Numbered from the stretch's first letter, positions 37,772 to 47,340 are shown. The stretch: DNA of 58,539 nt from an uncultured Gammaproteobacteria bacterium (GCA_964408775.1 CAYPAP010000003.1:47615-106153), one strand, 5' to 3'. The notes: a model not told the origin generated them from the sequence alone. Program-made: numbers and translations.

Positions 37772-39136
37772 ATGAGAATATCTTTTCATGGAGCCTGCCG
37801 AGAAGTAACTGGCTCTTGTGTATTAATAGAAACTAAGAAAGTCAAATTTTTATTAGATTGTGGGATGTTTCAAGGGGAGCATTATGCTTTAAATCGCAAC
37901 TTTGATAATTTTGATTTTAATCCCAAGGAGATTAATTTTGTTCTTTTATCACATGCTCACATTGATCACTGTGGTCGCTTACCAAAACTTTACAAGGATG
38001 GTTTTAGGGGTAAAATTTATTCCACCGCTGCGACCAAGGATTTAGTTAGGTTGATGTTAGCTGATTCAGCTCGAATTATTGCCCGGGAGTCAATAGATGC
38101 TGGGAGAGAGCCTTTTTACTCCGAAGATGATGCGGCTGATGTTATGAGGTTATTTCACGATCTACCTTATAGCGAGGAAATAATAATTGCCGGCGGAATT
38201 AAAGTTCGTCTAAAAAACTCCGGCCATGTTTTAGGATCTTGTTTTTTTGAAATTTGGATTAAGGAAGGGAAGGAGGAAAAGAAAATTATTTTTACCGGAG
38301 ACCTGGGCAATTCACCGGCTCGAATTATCAGAGATTTAGAAAAAGCTGATGGTGCAGATTTGGTTTTTGTTGAATCTACTTATGCCGGTGTTTCACACGA
38401 ATCGCGCGAGGATGGCCTTAAGATGATACGAAAAGCTATCATTGATTGCGTTGATAATAAAGGGGCTTTGATGATTCCAATTTTTGCTCTGGAAAAAGTT
38501 CAGGAAATTTTATATGAATTAAATACATTAGTGGAGAATAAGAAAATTCCTCACGTGCCAATTTTTTTAGATAGTCCTTTGGCGATAAGAACCACAGAAA
38601 TATACAAGGATTATGAGTATTTGTATGATAAAGAGTCAATGAAATTAATTGTTTCAGGTGATGATTTATTTGACTTCCCGGGCCTAGAATTCACTATGAC
38701 TCCGGAGGACTCTAAGAGGATAAATAATTTACCCCGTCCTAAAATTATTTTAGCTGGTAGTGGAATGTGTACTGGTGGTCGCATTCATTATCATTTAAAA
38801 TTTAATTTAGATGACCCTAATAGCCATTTATTGTTAGTGGCCTATCAGGTTAAGGGGTCCTTGGGTCGTAAAATTATGACTGGGAATAAAACTGTTAATA
38901 TAGACAATCAAAATATTCCAGTAAAAGCTAAAGTTTCGGTGATAAATTCTTATTCAGCCCACGCTGATCATCGTGCTATCTTGGATTGGTTAAAAAAGAT
39001 AAAGAACCCTAAGCCTAGACATATATTTGTTATGCACGGAGAGGAAGAGGCTAACGAATTATTAGCTAAAGAAATTTCCAAGAAAATTAAAACCCACCCA
39101 ATTATTCCTGAGTACGGTCAATTTTATGATTTTTAA
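37772..39136 (+). CDS. MBL-fold beta-CASP ribonuclease (RNase J/CPSF-like)
   Basis: 454 aa. HAHIDHCG (HxHxDH). Length and C-terminal SAHAD...HGE motifs are consistent with the beta-CASP family. Confidence 0.8.
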   Translation: MRISFHGACREVTGSCVLIETKKVKFLLDCGMFQGEHYALNRNFDNFDFNPKEINFVLLSHAHIDHCGRLPKLYKDGFRGKIYSTAATKDLVRLMLADSARIIARESIDAGREPFYSEDDAADVMRLFHDLPYSEEIIIAGGIKVRLKNSGHVLGSCFFEIWIKEGKEEKKIIFTGDLGNSPARIIRDLEKADGADLVFVESTYAGVSHESREDGLKMIRKAIIDCVDNKGALMIPIFALEKVQEILYELNTLVENKKIPHVPIFLDSPLAIRTTEIYKDYEYLYDKESMKLIVSGDDLFDFPGLEFTMTPEDSKRINNLPRPKIILAGSGMCTGGRIHYHLKFNLDDPNSHLLLVAYQVKGSLGRKIMTGNKTVNIDNQNIPVKAKVSVINSYSAHADHRAILDWLKKIKNPKPRHIFVMHGEEEANELLAKEISKKIKTHPIIPEYGQFYDF

Positions 39137-39166
39137 ACTTTAATTTATAAATATTAATTAAGTATT

Positions 39167-40195
39167 ATGAAAAAATTAATCTATAAGCCTTTTCTAATTT
39201 TTCTAATTTTAGCCTCCTTGGCTGGACTATATTTTATTTTTAAGCCTTTTTTAATAGAAATAATTATCGCCACAGTGTTGGTTTCGGTTTTTTATAGATG
39301 GTATGAAAGATTGGCTAAAACTTTGTGGAACAAGAAATATTTAGCATCCTTTATTATGTGCTTATTATTATTAGCAGTTATAATAATTCCGGTCAGTAGC
39401 CTAATAATTTACGCTAGTAAAAAAGCAGTCGTAGCTTATGAGGGGGTAAACAGTGTAATGACTAAGGCTGATTCTTTTCAGTATGGCTTTTTAGAGAAAC
39501 TTGATTTTGATGATAATACTAAGGGGGCAATTAGTGGTTTCATTGTTGATGTTACTAAAAATATTAGTGATTGGCTGGTTAGCGGGGCAACCCTTATTGC
39601 CAAGCAAACAACCAGTTTTATTGTCTCATTGCTTTTAATACTTTTAACAATGTTCTTCTTTTTTGTTGATGGTCGCAAGATAGCTGAAAAACTAATCTTA
39701 TTATCCCCCCTGCCCAATAAGTATGATTTAGAAATTATTAAAAAGTTTCGCCGGGTCAGTCAGGTTACTCTTGTTTCTGTTTTTGTTACCGCCTTTTTTC
39801 AGGGACTCTCTGGAGGACTTGGTTTCCTTATAATTGGTTGGCCCTTTGTGTTTACTTTTATTATTACTGGATTTTTATCGCTCATTCCCTTTATTGGAGC
39901 CTCCTTGTTTTATTTTCCAGCTGCTATTTATCTAATAGCAACCGGTCAAATTTGGCAGGGAATTTTTATCCTTATTTGGTGGTGGTTAATTGTAAACGGT
40001 CTCGACGAGGTTTTGCGAGCCTATATTATCAAGGGTAGAGCCGAAGTTAATTTTATTTTTGTTGTCTTCTCGGTTTTGGGTGGTATTTCTCTCTTTGGTT
40101 TTTGGGGCGTAATCATTGGTCCGATGATCGTGGCCCTAGCCATAACTATACTTCATATTTATGAACTAGAATATGATGGTGGTTTAGAGAAGTGA
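39167..40195 (+). CDS. AI-2E family transporter (second paralog)
   Basis: 342 aa. Collinear with 26431-27465 (FKPFL.EIIIA, SPLPNKYDL, ELEY at the C-terminus). Confidence 0.8.
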   Translation: MKKLIYKPFLIFLILASLAGLYFIFKPFLIEIIIATVLVSVFYRWYERLAKTLWNKKYLASFIMCLLLLAVIIIPVSSLIIYASKKAVVAYEGVNSVMTKADSFQYGFLEKLDFDDNTKGAISGFIVDVTKNISDWLVSGATLIAKQTTSFIVSLLLILLTMFFFFVDGRKIAEKLILLSPLPNKYDLEIIKKFRRVSQVTLVSVFVTAFFQGLSGGLGFLIIGWPFVFTFIITGFLSLIPFIGASLFYFPAAIYLIATGQIWQGIFILIWWWLIVNGLDEVLRAYIIKGRAEVNFIFVVFSVLGGISLFGFWGVIIGPMIVALAITILHIYELEYDGGLEK

Positions 40196-40218
40196 TATTA
40201 AAATAAAAAAAAGACTCG

Positions 40219-40809
40219 TTAAAGTCTTTTAATCGTTATGGAGTTTAGGTTCATCGACATTTTATTTGTCGATATGTTCTCCATTATTATTTCCTTGGGA
40301 TTTAGAATTGAGAATCTTATTCTCAAGATCTTTTTCTTGTTTTCCCAGTCGGGACAGATATGCCAATCTCGTTGGTATATCTTTTTTTGGTCTACGAAGA
40401 AAATGTTAAACATTATTTCGCAGGCCTCCCGCAGATTTGCTCTTCTCCATCCTTTAGGGCTGGACATGAGCCTTCTGGCGTCGCTTATAAAACCGAGGTT
40501 CCGACGCTTTATCTTCACCAGGTAATAACCTGGTTGGTCGACCTTTTCAATCATGTTTTCATTCAAGCTACTAAAGCTGAATTTGAAGCCCTTAAAAGAC
40601 ATGGCCTTGGATTGCTCCAGAATAGATATACCGCTCAAATAGATGATATAATAATCATTGGCGATATAATTTTCAATGTCTTTCTGGTATTTTTCGGGGA
40701 ATAGGCATTCTTCTGCCTCGTTTTCACGTACTCCCCAGATTTCCTCTGTATCGCTTCTAGATATGATATTAACTAGGTCTACCACGTCCTTATATACATA
40801 CTTTTCCAT
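40219..40809 (-). CDS. Hypothetical protein
   Basis: 196 aa. It is the longest of four overlapping ORFs and has a plausible charged composition. Locally higher GC. No motif recognised. Confidence 0.55.
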   Translation of the reverse strand: MEKYVYKDVVDLVNIISRSDTEEIWGVRENEAEECLFPEKYQKDIENYIANDYYIIYLSGISILEQSKAMSFKGFKFSFSSLNENMIEKVDQPGYYLVKIKRRNLGFISDARRLMSSPKGWRRANLREACEIMFNIFFVDQKKIYQRDWHICPDWENKKKILRIRFSILNPKEIIMENISTNKMSMNLNSITIKRL

Positions 40810-40885
40810 ATCAGTGGCCTTTATTGTTAGTGTACTACTTGTTTGTTATTACTTTATATACTAAAATGATAATAATGTCAAATAT

Positions 40886-41980
40886 ATGTCAAATTTAAAG
40901 TATAAGAAAATATTATTATTGGGGGTGGCTTTATTTTTGCTAGTAGCGCTATTTTTAATAAATTTTGCCTTTAAGGACAATAAAGGCTTTTTTAATATTA
41001 AGGGAAAAATCATTTCTCAGGATAATTATATTAAAAATACTAATAATGTTTCTGATTTTTTAGAAGAAGTCGATGCAATAGATGAAGTCGCTATTCCCAT
41101 TAAATTATTATTTTTTGGAGACCTAATGTTGGATCGTCATGTGGGAGAGAAAATTAATAAATATGGTTTAGATTATTTATTCGAAAAGTTAGAGGAGGAA
41201 AATTTTACCTCCTCTTATGATATAGTTGCCGCTAACTTAGAGGGCGCGGTAGCAAATAACGGGGAGCATTATCGTCCTCATAATTTATATGATTTTTCTT
41301 TTTCACCGCAATTAATCGAAGGGCTAAAAAAATATAACTTTAATTTTTTTAATTTAGCTAATAATCATTTGTCAGATCAGGGACAGCAGGGCATTGAAGA
41401 AACTTATCAAAATTTAAGTGATTTGGGTTTTTATTACTTTGGTTGTCGCGATGCTTTTTTGTCACCGTCAGAAGGATTATTAGAAGTGGAAATAGGGGGT
41501 AGCCAGCCAGTTTTATCGGAAGAAAATTGCTCTGATATTATTGTGAATGTGAAAAATAAAAAAGTTGCTTTTTTGGGATTTTCTATGGTTTATAAAAATA
41601 TAGATGAAAATGATATAATTGAAAGGGTTAAAAAATTAAAAGAAAACAGCGACCTTCTTATAGTTAATGCTCATTTTGGACTTGAATATCAGGCGAAGGC
41701 TAATAATGGTCAAGAGAATTTGGCTAGAAAAATGATTGATAATGGTGCCGATGTTATTATTGGGCATCATCCTCACGTTATTCAAAATTATGAAATATAT
41801 AAACAAAAACCAATATTTTATTCTTTGGGAAATTTTATTTTTGATCAATATTTTTCACCTGAAACTCAAGAAGGTTTGGCGGTTTCCATTACCCTAGAAG
41901 AGGACCAAGATATTGTTAGTGAGGTTTATAAAATTAAAACCAAGGGGAGTAGAATTGAAGAAATTATAAAAATGCCGTAG
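40886..41980 (+). CDS. capA: CapA-family (PGA_cap) metallophosphatase-like protein
   Basis: 364 aa. FFGDLMLDRHV, ANLEGAV, LANNHLSDQG, GHHPHVIQ. Confidence 0.8.
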   Translation: MSNLKYKKILLLGVALFLLVALFLINFAFKDNKGFFNIKGKIISQDNYIKNTNNVSDFLEEVDAIDEVAIPIKLLFFGDLMLDRHVGEKINKYGLDYLFEKLEEENFTSSYDIVAANLEGAVANNGEHYRPHNLYDFSFSPQLIEGLKKYNFNFFNLANNHLSDQGQQGIEETYQNLSDLGFYYFGCRDAFLSPSEGLLEVEIGGSQPVLSEENCSDIIVNVKNKKVAFLGFSMVYKNIDENDIIERVKKLKENSDLLIVNAHFGLEYQAKANNGQENLARKMIDNGADVIIGHHPHVIQNYEIYKQKPIFYSLGNFIFDQYFSPETQEGLAVSITLEEDQDIVSEVYKIKTKGSRIEEIIKMP

Positions 41981-42011
41981 TTATTGCCCTATTTATTCAA
42001 AGTGCTATAAT
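41942..42011 (+). repeat. Direct repeat copy 1 (last 39 nt of capA plus 31 nt downstream, including tgctataat)
   Basis: aaggggagtagaattgaagaaattataaaaatgccgtagttattgcc... recurs at 44456-44526 with about 4 differences. Confidence 0.9.
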
Positions 42012-42051
42012 TAAGTATGATATTTTGTGATTATTTTTAATAAATAATAAG

Positions 42052-44466
42052 ATGAAAGAGAATAATAATTTCATTAATAAGGACTTGCCTTGGGAGAAGT
42101 CAGGAGATCCAAAAGGGTATTCCAGGGAGGAGCTTAAAGATAAGCTAGAAAATAATAAAGGGCTGGACAAGGAGTTCGCTTTATATTTAATTGAGGGTCG
42201 CATGGAATACAAGGTGATTGACAGCTTAAGAAATTTTAGTGGCCTAGACCAGGATGTAGCCTTTAAATTAATTGAAGCTGGTTGGGGAGATGTCGTCGCC
42301 CATAACTTGGGAAAGTTTGAGGGAATTAATCATTTAGAAACAGCTTTAAAATTAATCGAGATTGGCAAAGGTGATGGTGTGGCTGGTAATTTAAAAAATT
42401 TTCAAGGTTTAGATAATGAAATAGCAATAAAGTTAATTGAGAGCAATTTTCGTCGCAAATTACCTCGTGATTTAGACAATTTTTTGGGTAAATTTCATGG
42501 GCTAAGTCACCAAGAAATAGCCCTGAAATCAATTGAAAATAGCCCAGGCTATAAGGTGGCCCATAATTTAGATAAATTTAGCGGCCCTTTAGATTACCTG
42601 CAGATAGCTCTAAAATTAATTAATTCCGATCAGGGGGATAGCGTTGCTTTTAATCTAGAAAAGTTTGAGGGTTTGGATCACCTAGAAATAGCTTTAAAAT
42701 TAATTGAACTTGGTAAGGGTGATAGTCTAGCTAATAACTTGGAAAAGTTTGCTGGAATAAATCATCAGGAAATAGCTTCGAAGTTGCTGGAAGCTGGCCG
42801 GGGAGATAGTGTAGCTCATAATATAAAAAAGTTTAAGGGTATTGATAGAGATCTTGGGGAAAAACTGATTGATTCATTATTAATCGATAATGATTATTCG
42901 TCTAGCTCTTCATTCGGTCTTATTTCAGAGGTTAATAATTATTTTAAGCCACATTTGGATAAATTTGTTTCTAAGACAGAGGAAATTTTTGGATCTTTTG
43001 CCGATTTAGATTCTTATTTATTAATTAAAAAAGTTGGCGAGGGCGATGATGATATAATTAAAGAATTAAAAATAAAGAAAGGCGGTAATGATGGTTTAAG
43101 AGAGATTAGGGAGAAAATAAGTGACTTTAAAAATGACGTTATCTCAGAAGATTTTAATCCTCAGTACTTGCTAGAAGAGGAAAATAGGTCTGTTTATCTA
43201 CCATATTTTAAAAAATATATTAGATTTGAAGAATCGGAATGGGGTGATAGTGATGAAGATAGCCTGGTTAACATTATTCGTCAATTTTTGGATTACAAAG
43301 GGAGAGGGGAGCTAAAACCACTTAATCCCGAATTTGTTCGTAGTGAAGTATTAAGTATAAAGAAAAGTGATGTGGAGGCTAGGGAAAAATATGAATTCAA
43401 CGAACATTTCTTGAAACGATTTAATGTTTTAATCAATTCTATTAAAGAGTCTAAAAAATTATATAATGAAAAGTTTCCTTTAAGTAATTTGGTTAAAAAA
43501 ATTGAAGAAAAAAGAACCACCGTAGTTGATGAGTTAAAAGAAAAATATGAAGGGACGCCGGATCCTCGAGCCAGAGAGGCTATTAATAATAAAATAAAAT
43601 TACTGGAATCAATTAATGTCAGGAACGTGAAAAGTTTTCAGGATAATTTTTCAATTTTAGCCAAGGTTAAAGAGTTTAATGAGTTACTGAGGCAGGTTGT
43701 TTTTTTGATAAGTTTTACTAAAAATAAACAGAGCTTAAATTATAATTTGGACTTTATTAATAAAGATAAACCTAGTCTAAATGATATTAGCTGGGTTTTA
43801 AATTTTATTGATCATATAACCAATCAAGAGGTTGTAGGAAAATATTTAACTGATCACAAGGCTTCTAAGTCATTACGTGAAATAACTTCAACTAAGGCAA
43901 TATCCGAAGAGATGTCTTTGATGCAGAAACAGGGAAGTGATTCTGGGGCAACAACTAAATTACAGTTTATTCCCACTAGGGGGATATTAGCGGAGTTCTC
44001 TGGTGATATTTCTGACTCTTGTTGGACATCTAAGTACGATAGTGTTTTGAAGGAGTTTCCTAATTTCACCCCAATTATTATTAGGCAAAATCCGGAAACG
44101 AAACACGAGAGATTAGCAGGAGCCTTTATGTTGATTGAAACTAAATCTGAGGAAGGAAGACCTCTGTTGGTTGTAAGGGGTTTAAACCCGATTGAAAACG
44201 TGATTAATTCAGTTTCGGTTGATGATTTTTATAAAAAAACAATTGAGTATACAAGGGACCTAGCTAAAAAAACAGGTAGGGAAGTAGCGATTGTTATTGA
44301 TAATCATTGTGGAGGGGCTGCCACCAATAGACCTGCTTTATATCAATACTTAGAGAGCCTCTCGTCTAGACTTGAGCCGGTAGTTTTGAATTCAAAAGAT
44401 GACACCTATTTTAATGATTACGACATTGTTGATAGCACCTATTTAGTTAAGGGTGAAGGGGAGTAG
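42052..44466 (+). CDS. Large hypothetical protein with ~7 tandem ~30-34-aa helical repeats (NL.KF.G.DH.EIALKLIE.GKGDSVA)
   Basis: 804 aa. The repeats span roughly aa 70-270. The C-terminal ~500 aa have no recognisable motif. Confidence 0.7.
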   Translation: MKENNNFINKDLPWEKSGDPKGYSREELKDKLENNKGLDKEFALYLIEGRMEYKVIDSLRNFSGLDQDVAFKLIEAGWGDVVAHNLGKFEGINHLETALKLIEIGKGDGVAGNLKNFQGLDNEIAIKLIESNFRRKLPRDLDNFLGKFHGLSHQEIALKSIENSPGYKVAHNLDKFSGPLDYLQIALKLINSDQGDSVAFNLEKFEGLDHLEIALKLIELGKGDSLANNLEKFAGINHQEIASKLLEAGRGDSVAHNIKKFKGIDRDLGEKLIDSLLIDNDYSSSSSFGLISEVNNYFKPHLDKFVSKTEEIFGSFADLDSYLLIKKVGEGDDDIIKELKIKKGGNDGLREIREKISDFKNDVISEDFNPQYLLEEENRSVYLPYFKKYIRFEESEWGDSDEDSLVNIIRQFLDYKGRGELKPLNPEFVRSEVLSIKKSDVEAREKYEFNEHFLKRFNVLINSIKESKKLYNEKFPLSNLVKKIEEKRTTVVDELKEKYEGTPDPRAREAINNKIKLLESINVRNVKSFQDNFSILAKVKEFNELLRQVVFLISFTKNKQSLNYNLDFINKDKPSLNDISWVLNFIDHITNQEVVGKYLTDHKASKSLREITSTKAISEEMSLMQKQGSDSGATTKLQFIPTRGILAEFSGDISDSCWTSKYDSVLKEFPNFTPIIIRQNPETKHERLAGAFMLIETKSEEGRPLLVVRGLNPIENVINSVSVDDFYKKTIEYTRDLAKKTGREVAIVIDNHCGGAATNRPALYQYLESLSSRLEPVVLNSKDDTYFNDYDIVDSTYLVKGEGE

Positions 44467-44526
44467 AATTGAAGAAATTATAAAAATGCCGTAGTTATTG
44501 CCTTATTTATTTAAAATTGCTATAAT
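44456..44526 (+). repeat. Direct repeat copy 2
   Basis: Near-identical to 41942-42011. It supplies the last codons and stop of the 804-aa ORF in a different frame from capA. Confidence 0.9.
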
Positions 44527-44639
44527 GTATATATAAATAATAATTAATTCTTTATCAATTATTATTAAAAATAATTAATTAAAAATTGACTCTAAATTAA
44601 TTCGCTTGAATTTATTTTTAAGTCAATGAAAAAAAAATT

Positions 44640-44912
44640 ATGACAAAAGCACAATTGATGACTACTCTAGCCGAGAAAACCGGTATGAGTAAAAAAGATG
44701 TTGTTGGTTTCATGGAGACTTTAACCTCTATGGCTTACAGCGAAACTAAAAAGAGTGGTGAATTCGTTTTACCAGGATTCGGAAAATTAGTTCTAGTTAA
44801 CAGAAAGGCTAGAATCGGAAGAAATCCTGCTACTGGAGAACAAATTAACATTCCTGCTAAAAGGGTTGTTAAATTCAAAGTTTCTAAGGTAGTTAAAGAC
44901 GCTATTCTATAA
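44640..44912 (+). CDS. hup: DNA-binding protein HU
   Basis: 90 aa. MTKAQLMTTLAEKTGMSKKD...GFGKLVLVNRKARIGRNPATGEQINIPAKRVVKFKVSK. Confidence 0.92.
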   Translation: MTKAQLMTTLAEKTGMSKKDVVGFMETLTSMAYSETKKSGEFVLPGFGKLVLVNRKARIGRNPATGEQINIPAKRVVKFKVSKVVKDAIL

Positions 44913-44932
44913 TATTAATTGATAAAGGATCC

Positions 44933-44964
44933 AAAAAAAGTAGCCCGTGTGGGCTACTTTTTTT
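44933..44964. terminator. Bidirectional intrinsic terminator
   Basis: aaaaaaa-gtagccc-gtgt-gggctac-ttttttt, between convergent hup and the HTH gene. Confidence 0.85.
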
Positions 44965-45262
44965 ATTTAATAGTTACAACCTTCTTTTTAAATTTATCAA
45001 CGTATTGTCCTAGGCCTTGGGAGTAGAACTTGTTTCGTAGCTTGGCGTTTTCATGAGAAAATTCAATTAAAGAAGACAGGCGAATGGCATAACGATTGCC
45101 CGAGACTTTGTAGCGTAATTTCTTACTTTTAATAGCGCGACGAATAGTTTTATTATCAACCCCGGCTAATTTAGCTGACTCTGAAACTGATAACCAGATT
45201 TGTTTATCAGTTTTTTTAGGCGCAACTTTTTCCGGAGTAATGTCGTTTTGAGGGTCAGTCAT
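44963..45262 (-). CDS. Excisionase/MerR-type helix-turn-helix DNA-binding protein
   Basis: 99 aa. LSVSESAKLAGVDNKTIRRAIKSKKLRYKVSGNRYAIRLSSL resembles the HTH_17/excisionase family. Confidence 0.6.
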   Translation of the reverse strand: MTDPQNDITPEKVAPKKTDKQIWLSVSESAKLAGVDNKTIRRAIKSKKLRYKVSGNRYAIRLSSLIEFSHENAKLRNKFYSQGLGQYVDKFKKKVVTIK

Positions 45263-45434
45263 AAAATTATTTTAAGTATTTATATATTATAGAAAGAGGT
45301 CGTTTTTGTCAAACTTGCTGTTCTTGCCTCTCTGTTTAACTTGTGCTATTATATATTCAAATAAGAATAATTTTTAAAGTATTGGGCTAGCGTCTTATAT
45401 TTTGTTTTTGTTTTATTAAGATAGTTTAAAATCA

Positions 45435-46007
45435 ATGAATTTAAGTATAATCGAAAAATTAAAACAGAAGAATCTTAAAGATCGTATTAAGAATCGCGAT
45501 CAGTCAGCTTTTGAGGAATTGTATGATAAAAATGTAGATGACATTTATCGTTTTATTTATTTTAAAATTGGTAAAAAGGATGAGGCTAGTGATTTATCTT
45601 CGGCTGTTTTTTTAAAGACTTGGGAGTATTTGCAAAAAAATAAAGTTACTCAGAAAGAGACTTTGCGGGCTTTGGTTTATAAGATTGCGCGTAATGTAGT
45701 TATAGATTATTATCGCAGTAGTAAAAGTGAAAATCTATCCCTAGACGATGACAATAATAGAATAGATGTTGTAGACGAAAGTTATGATGTTGAGACTGAT
45801 ATTAGCGACAGGGGAGATGTTGATAATTTGATGGAGAAAATGATGGAGTTAAAAAACGAATATCGTGAGATTTTGTTAATGCGCTTTGTTAATGATTTAA
45901 CATTAGACGAGATTGCCGAGATTACTGGCAAGAAGAAAATAAATATCAGGGTTCTTTCGCATCGAGCTGTTAAAGCCCTCAAGGAAATTATAGATAAGGA
46001 TATTTAA
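45435..46007 (+). CDS. ECF-type RNA polymerase sigma-70 family factor
   Basis: 190 aa. Region 2 (IYRFIYFKI..., VYKIARNVVIDYYR) and region 4 (LTLDEIAEITGKKKINIRVLSHRAVKALK). Confidence 0.88.
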   Translation: MNLSIIEKLKQKNLKDRIKNRDQSAFEELYDKNVDDIYRFIYFKIGKKDEASDLSSAVFLKTWEYLQKNKVTQKETLRALVYKIARNVVIDYYRSSKSENLSLDDDNNRIDVVDESYDVETDISDRGDVDNLMEKMMELKNEYREILLMRFVNDLTLDEIAEITGKKKINIRVLSHRAVKALKEIIDKDI

Positions 46008-46059
46008 GTCCACAAATTTGTGGACTTATCTTAATAAAAATCAATAGAATAAGGCCTTC

Positions 46060-46087
46060 TGTAACGTTTTTGTCTTTATTACGTATA
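46060..46087 (+). promoter_or_regulatory. ECF-sigma-type promoter candidate TGTAAC-N16-CGTATA upstream of the anti-sigma-like gene
   Basis: TGTAAC at 46060-46065 and CGTATA at 46082-46087. Resembles Bacillus SigW/SigX-type consensus (TGAAAC/TGTAAC-N16-17-CGTA/CGAC). Overlaps a tttttgtctt/aagacaaaaa hairpin (46066-46105). Confidence 0.5.
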
Positions 46088-46107
46088 CTATAGTGTAAGA
46101 CAAAAAT

Positions 46108-46998
46108 ATGACAGATAAAAAAATATATCAACAATTAAAGGAATTAAAGGCTATTGGCCTAAGTGATGAGTCAAGAAAGAGTCACAAAGATGTTTTATTT
46201 TCCCAGATTTCTCATACTTTTAATAATGACACTCAATTATCTAAACAGAATTTATTTAATTTCAAAAATGTATTTTCCTTGGTCTCCCAGCCATTATTAG
46301 TAGTAGCTGGGATTTTTGTTTTTTTACTAGGATCTTTAGTTCTTGGTAGTGGATTGTATTCAAACTCCAAGCCCAACGATTCATTATATATCGCTCGAGT
46401 TATTTCTGAGAAGGCTAGATTAAATACTACTTTTTCCCAGAGTGATCGTGATGCCTTAGCTTTGAAATTTGCTAGTAATCACGCTATGGATATCGCGACT
46501 ATATTAATGGATCCAGAATTTAATACCGAAGAGAATAGGGAGCAAGTGGAGAAACTTAGTGCCAGTTTCCAAAGTGAGATGTCTAAAGTTAAAACTCGCA
46601 TAGAAAAAAATGATACATCATCTGCAGGTGTTATTTCTGAGGCAGAGGAGGTTGATGGTGGAATAGTCTCTAGCGCTACATCACTAAGGGATGATAACGG
46701 AGTTTCTATTCATATTTCTGAGGTTGACTCTAGCGAAGACACTGAGGTTGATACTCTAGTTGATTCAGATTCCACAAATTCTAGTACGGACCCGGACATA
46801 GTTACTGATAATGGTACTACCAGTTCCGAAATTGATGTTGTTTCTTTATCCGAAGATGTTAGTGATAGTGTTGAAAAATTAAGCGGAGTTAAGGACGGCC
46901 AGGAAATTATTGCCGAGATAGAAGAGCTTTTTGCTGAAGGACGCTATAATGAAGTTATTTCTAAACTAGAACAAGTTGGCGATATCGTCAAAAAATAG
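46108..46998 (+). CDS. Single-pass membrane protein downstream of the ECF sigma (putative anti-sigma-like / DUF5667-like)
   Basis: 296 aa. Cytoplasmic N-terminus, one TM (LLVVAGIFVFLLGSLVLG), helical then D/S/T-rich extracellular part. The function is inferred from position only. Confidence 0.45.
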   Translation: MTDKKIYQQLKELKAIGLSDESRKSHKDVLFSQISHTFNNDTQLSKQNLFNFKNVFSLVSQPLLVVAGIFVFLLGSLVLGSGLYSNSKPNDSLYIARVISEKARLNTTFSQSDRDALALKFASNHAMDIATILMDPEFNTEENREQVEKLSASFQSEMSKVKTRIEKNDTSSAGVISEAEEVDGGIVSSATSLRDDNGVSIHISEVDSSEDTEVDTLVDSDSTNSSTDPDIVTDNGTTSSEIDVVSLSEDVSDSVEKLSGVKDGQEIIAEIEELFAEGRYNEVISKLEQVGDIVKK

Positions 46999-47006
46999 AT
47001 AGTAGT

Positions 47007-47340
47007 GATTGGTTAGGAGATTTTTGTCTTTTAGCCAATCTCTATTATTAGGGATTCGTTGCGACCAGCAAGGTCGACTTCTCGGGTGAGAAGGGTGCAA
47101 TGTTGAAAATAAATTTCGTTTCTTTGAAAGTTGAAAATTTGAGAACAAAAGGTTAGCCGTAAAATTTTTCACAAATAGATCGGTTAAGCTTTTCTCCGCA
47201 CGCTTATGTAAATAAGGGTCGGAGTTGTGAAAAATTATCCTGCTGTTTCATGCTTATGGCAAATTAATTTTTCCCTACAAAATCACTTTTATTTATAAGA
47301 GTGTGCGGGGGAGCGGGATCCTGATCGATTTATTCAGGAA
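47007..47340 (+). promoter_or_regulatory. Highly structured intergenic/leader region upstream of the giant surface protein gene
   Basis: Hairpin gattggtta/tagccaatc (47007-47040). A 12-bp inverted repeat aatttttcacaa (47163-47174) / ttgtgaaaaatt (47225-47236) encloses ctccg...cggag and cttat-gtaa-ataag. There is an alternative long-range pairing ccgcac (47196-47201) / gtgcgg (47303-47308). Confidence 0.5.

Noticed and set aside
40238-40864. Plus-strand ORFs 40238-40525, 40360-40704 and 40676-40864
   Set aside because: They overlap the longer minus-strand 196-aa ORF, whose composition looks more protein-like. The plus-strand ORFs are S/L/F/R-rich. The call remains only moderately confident.
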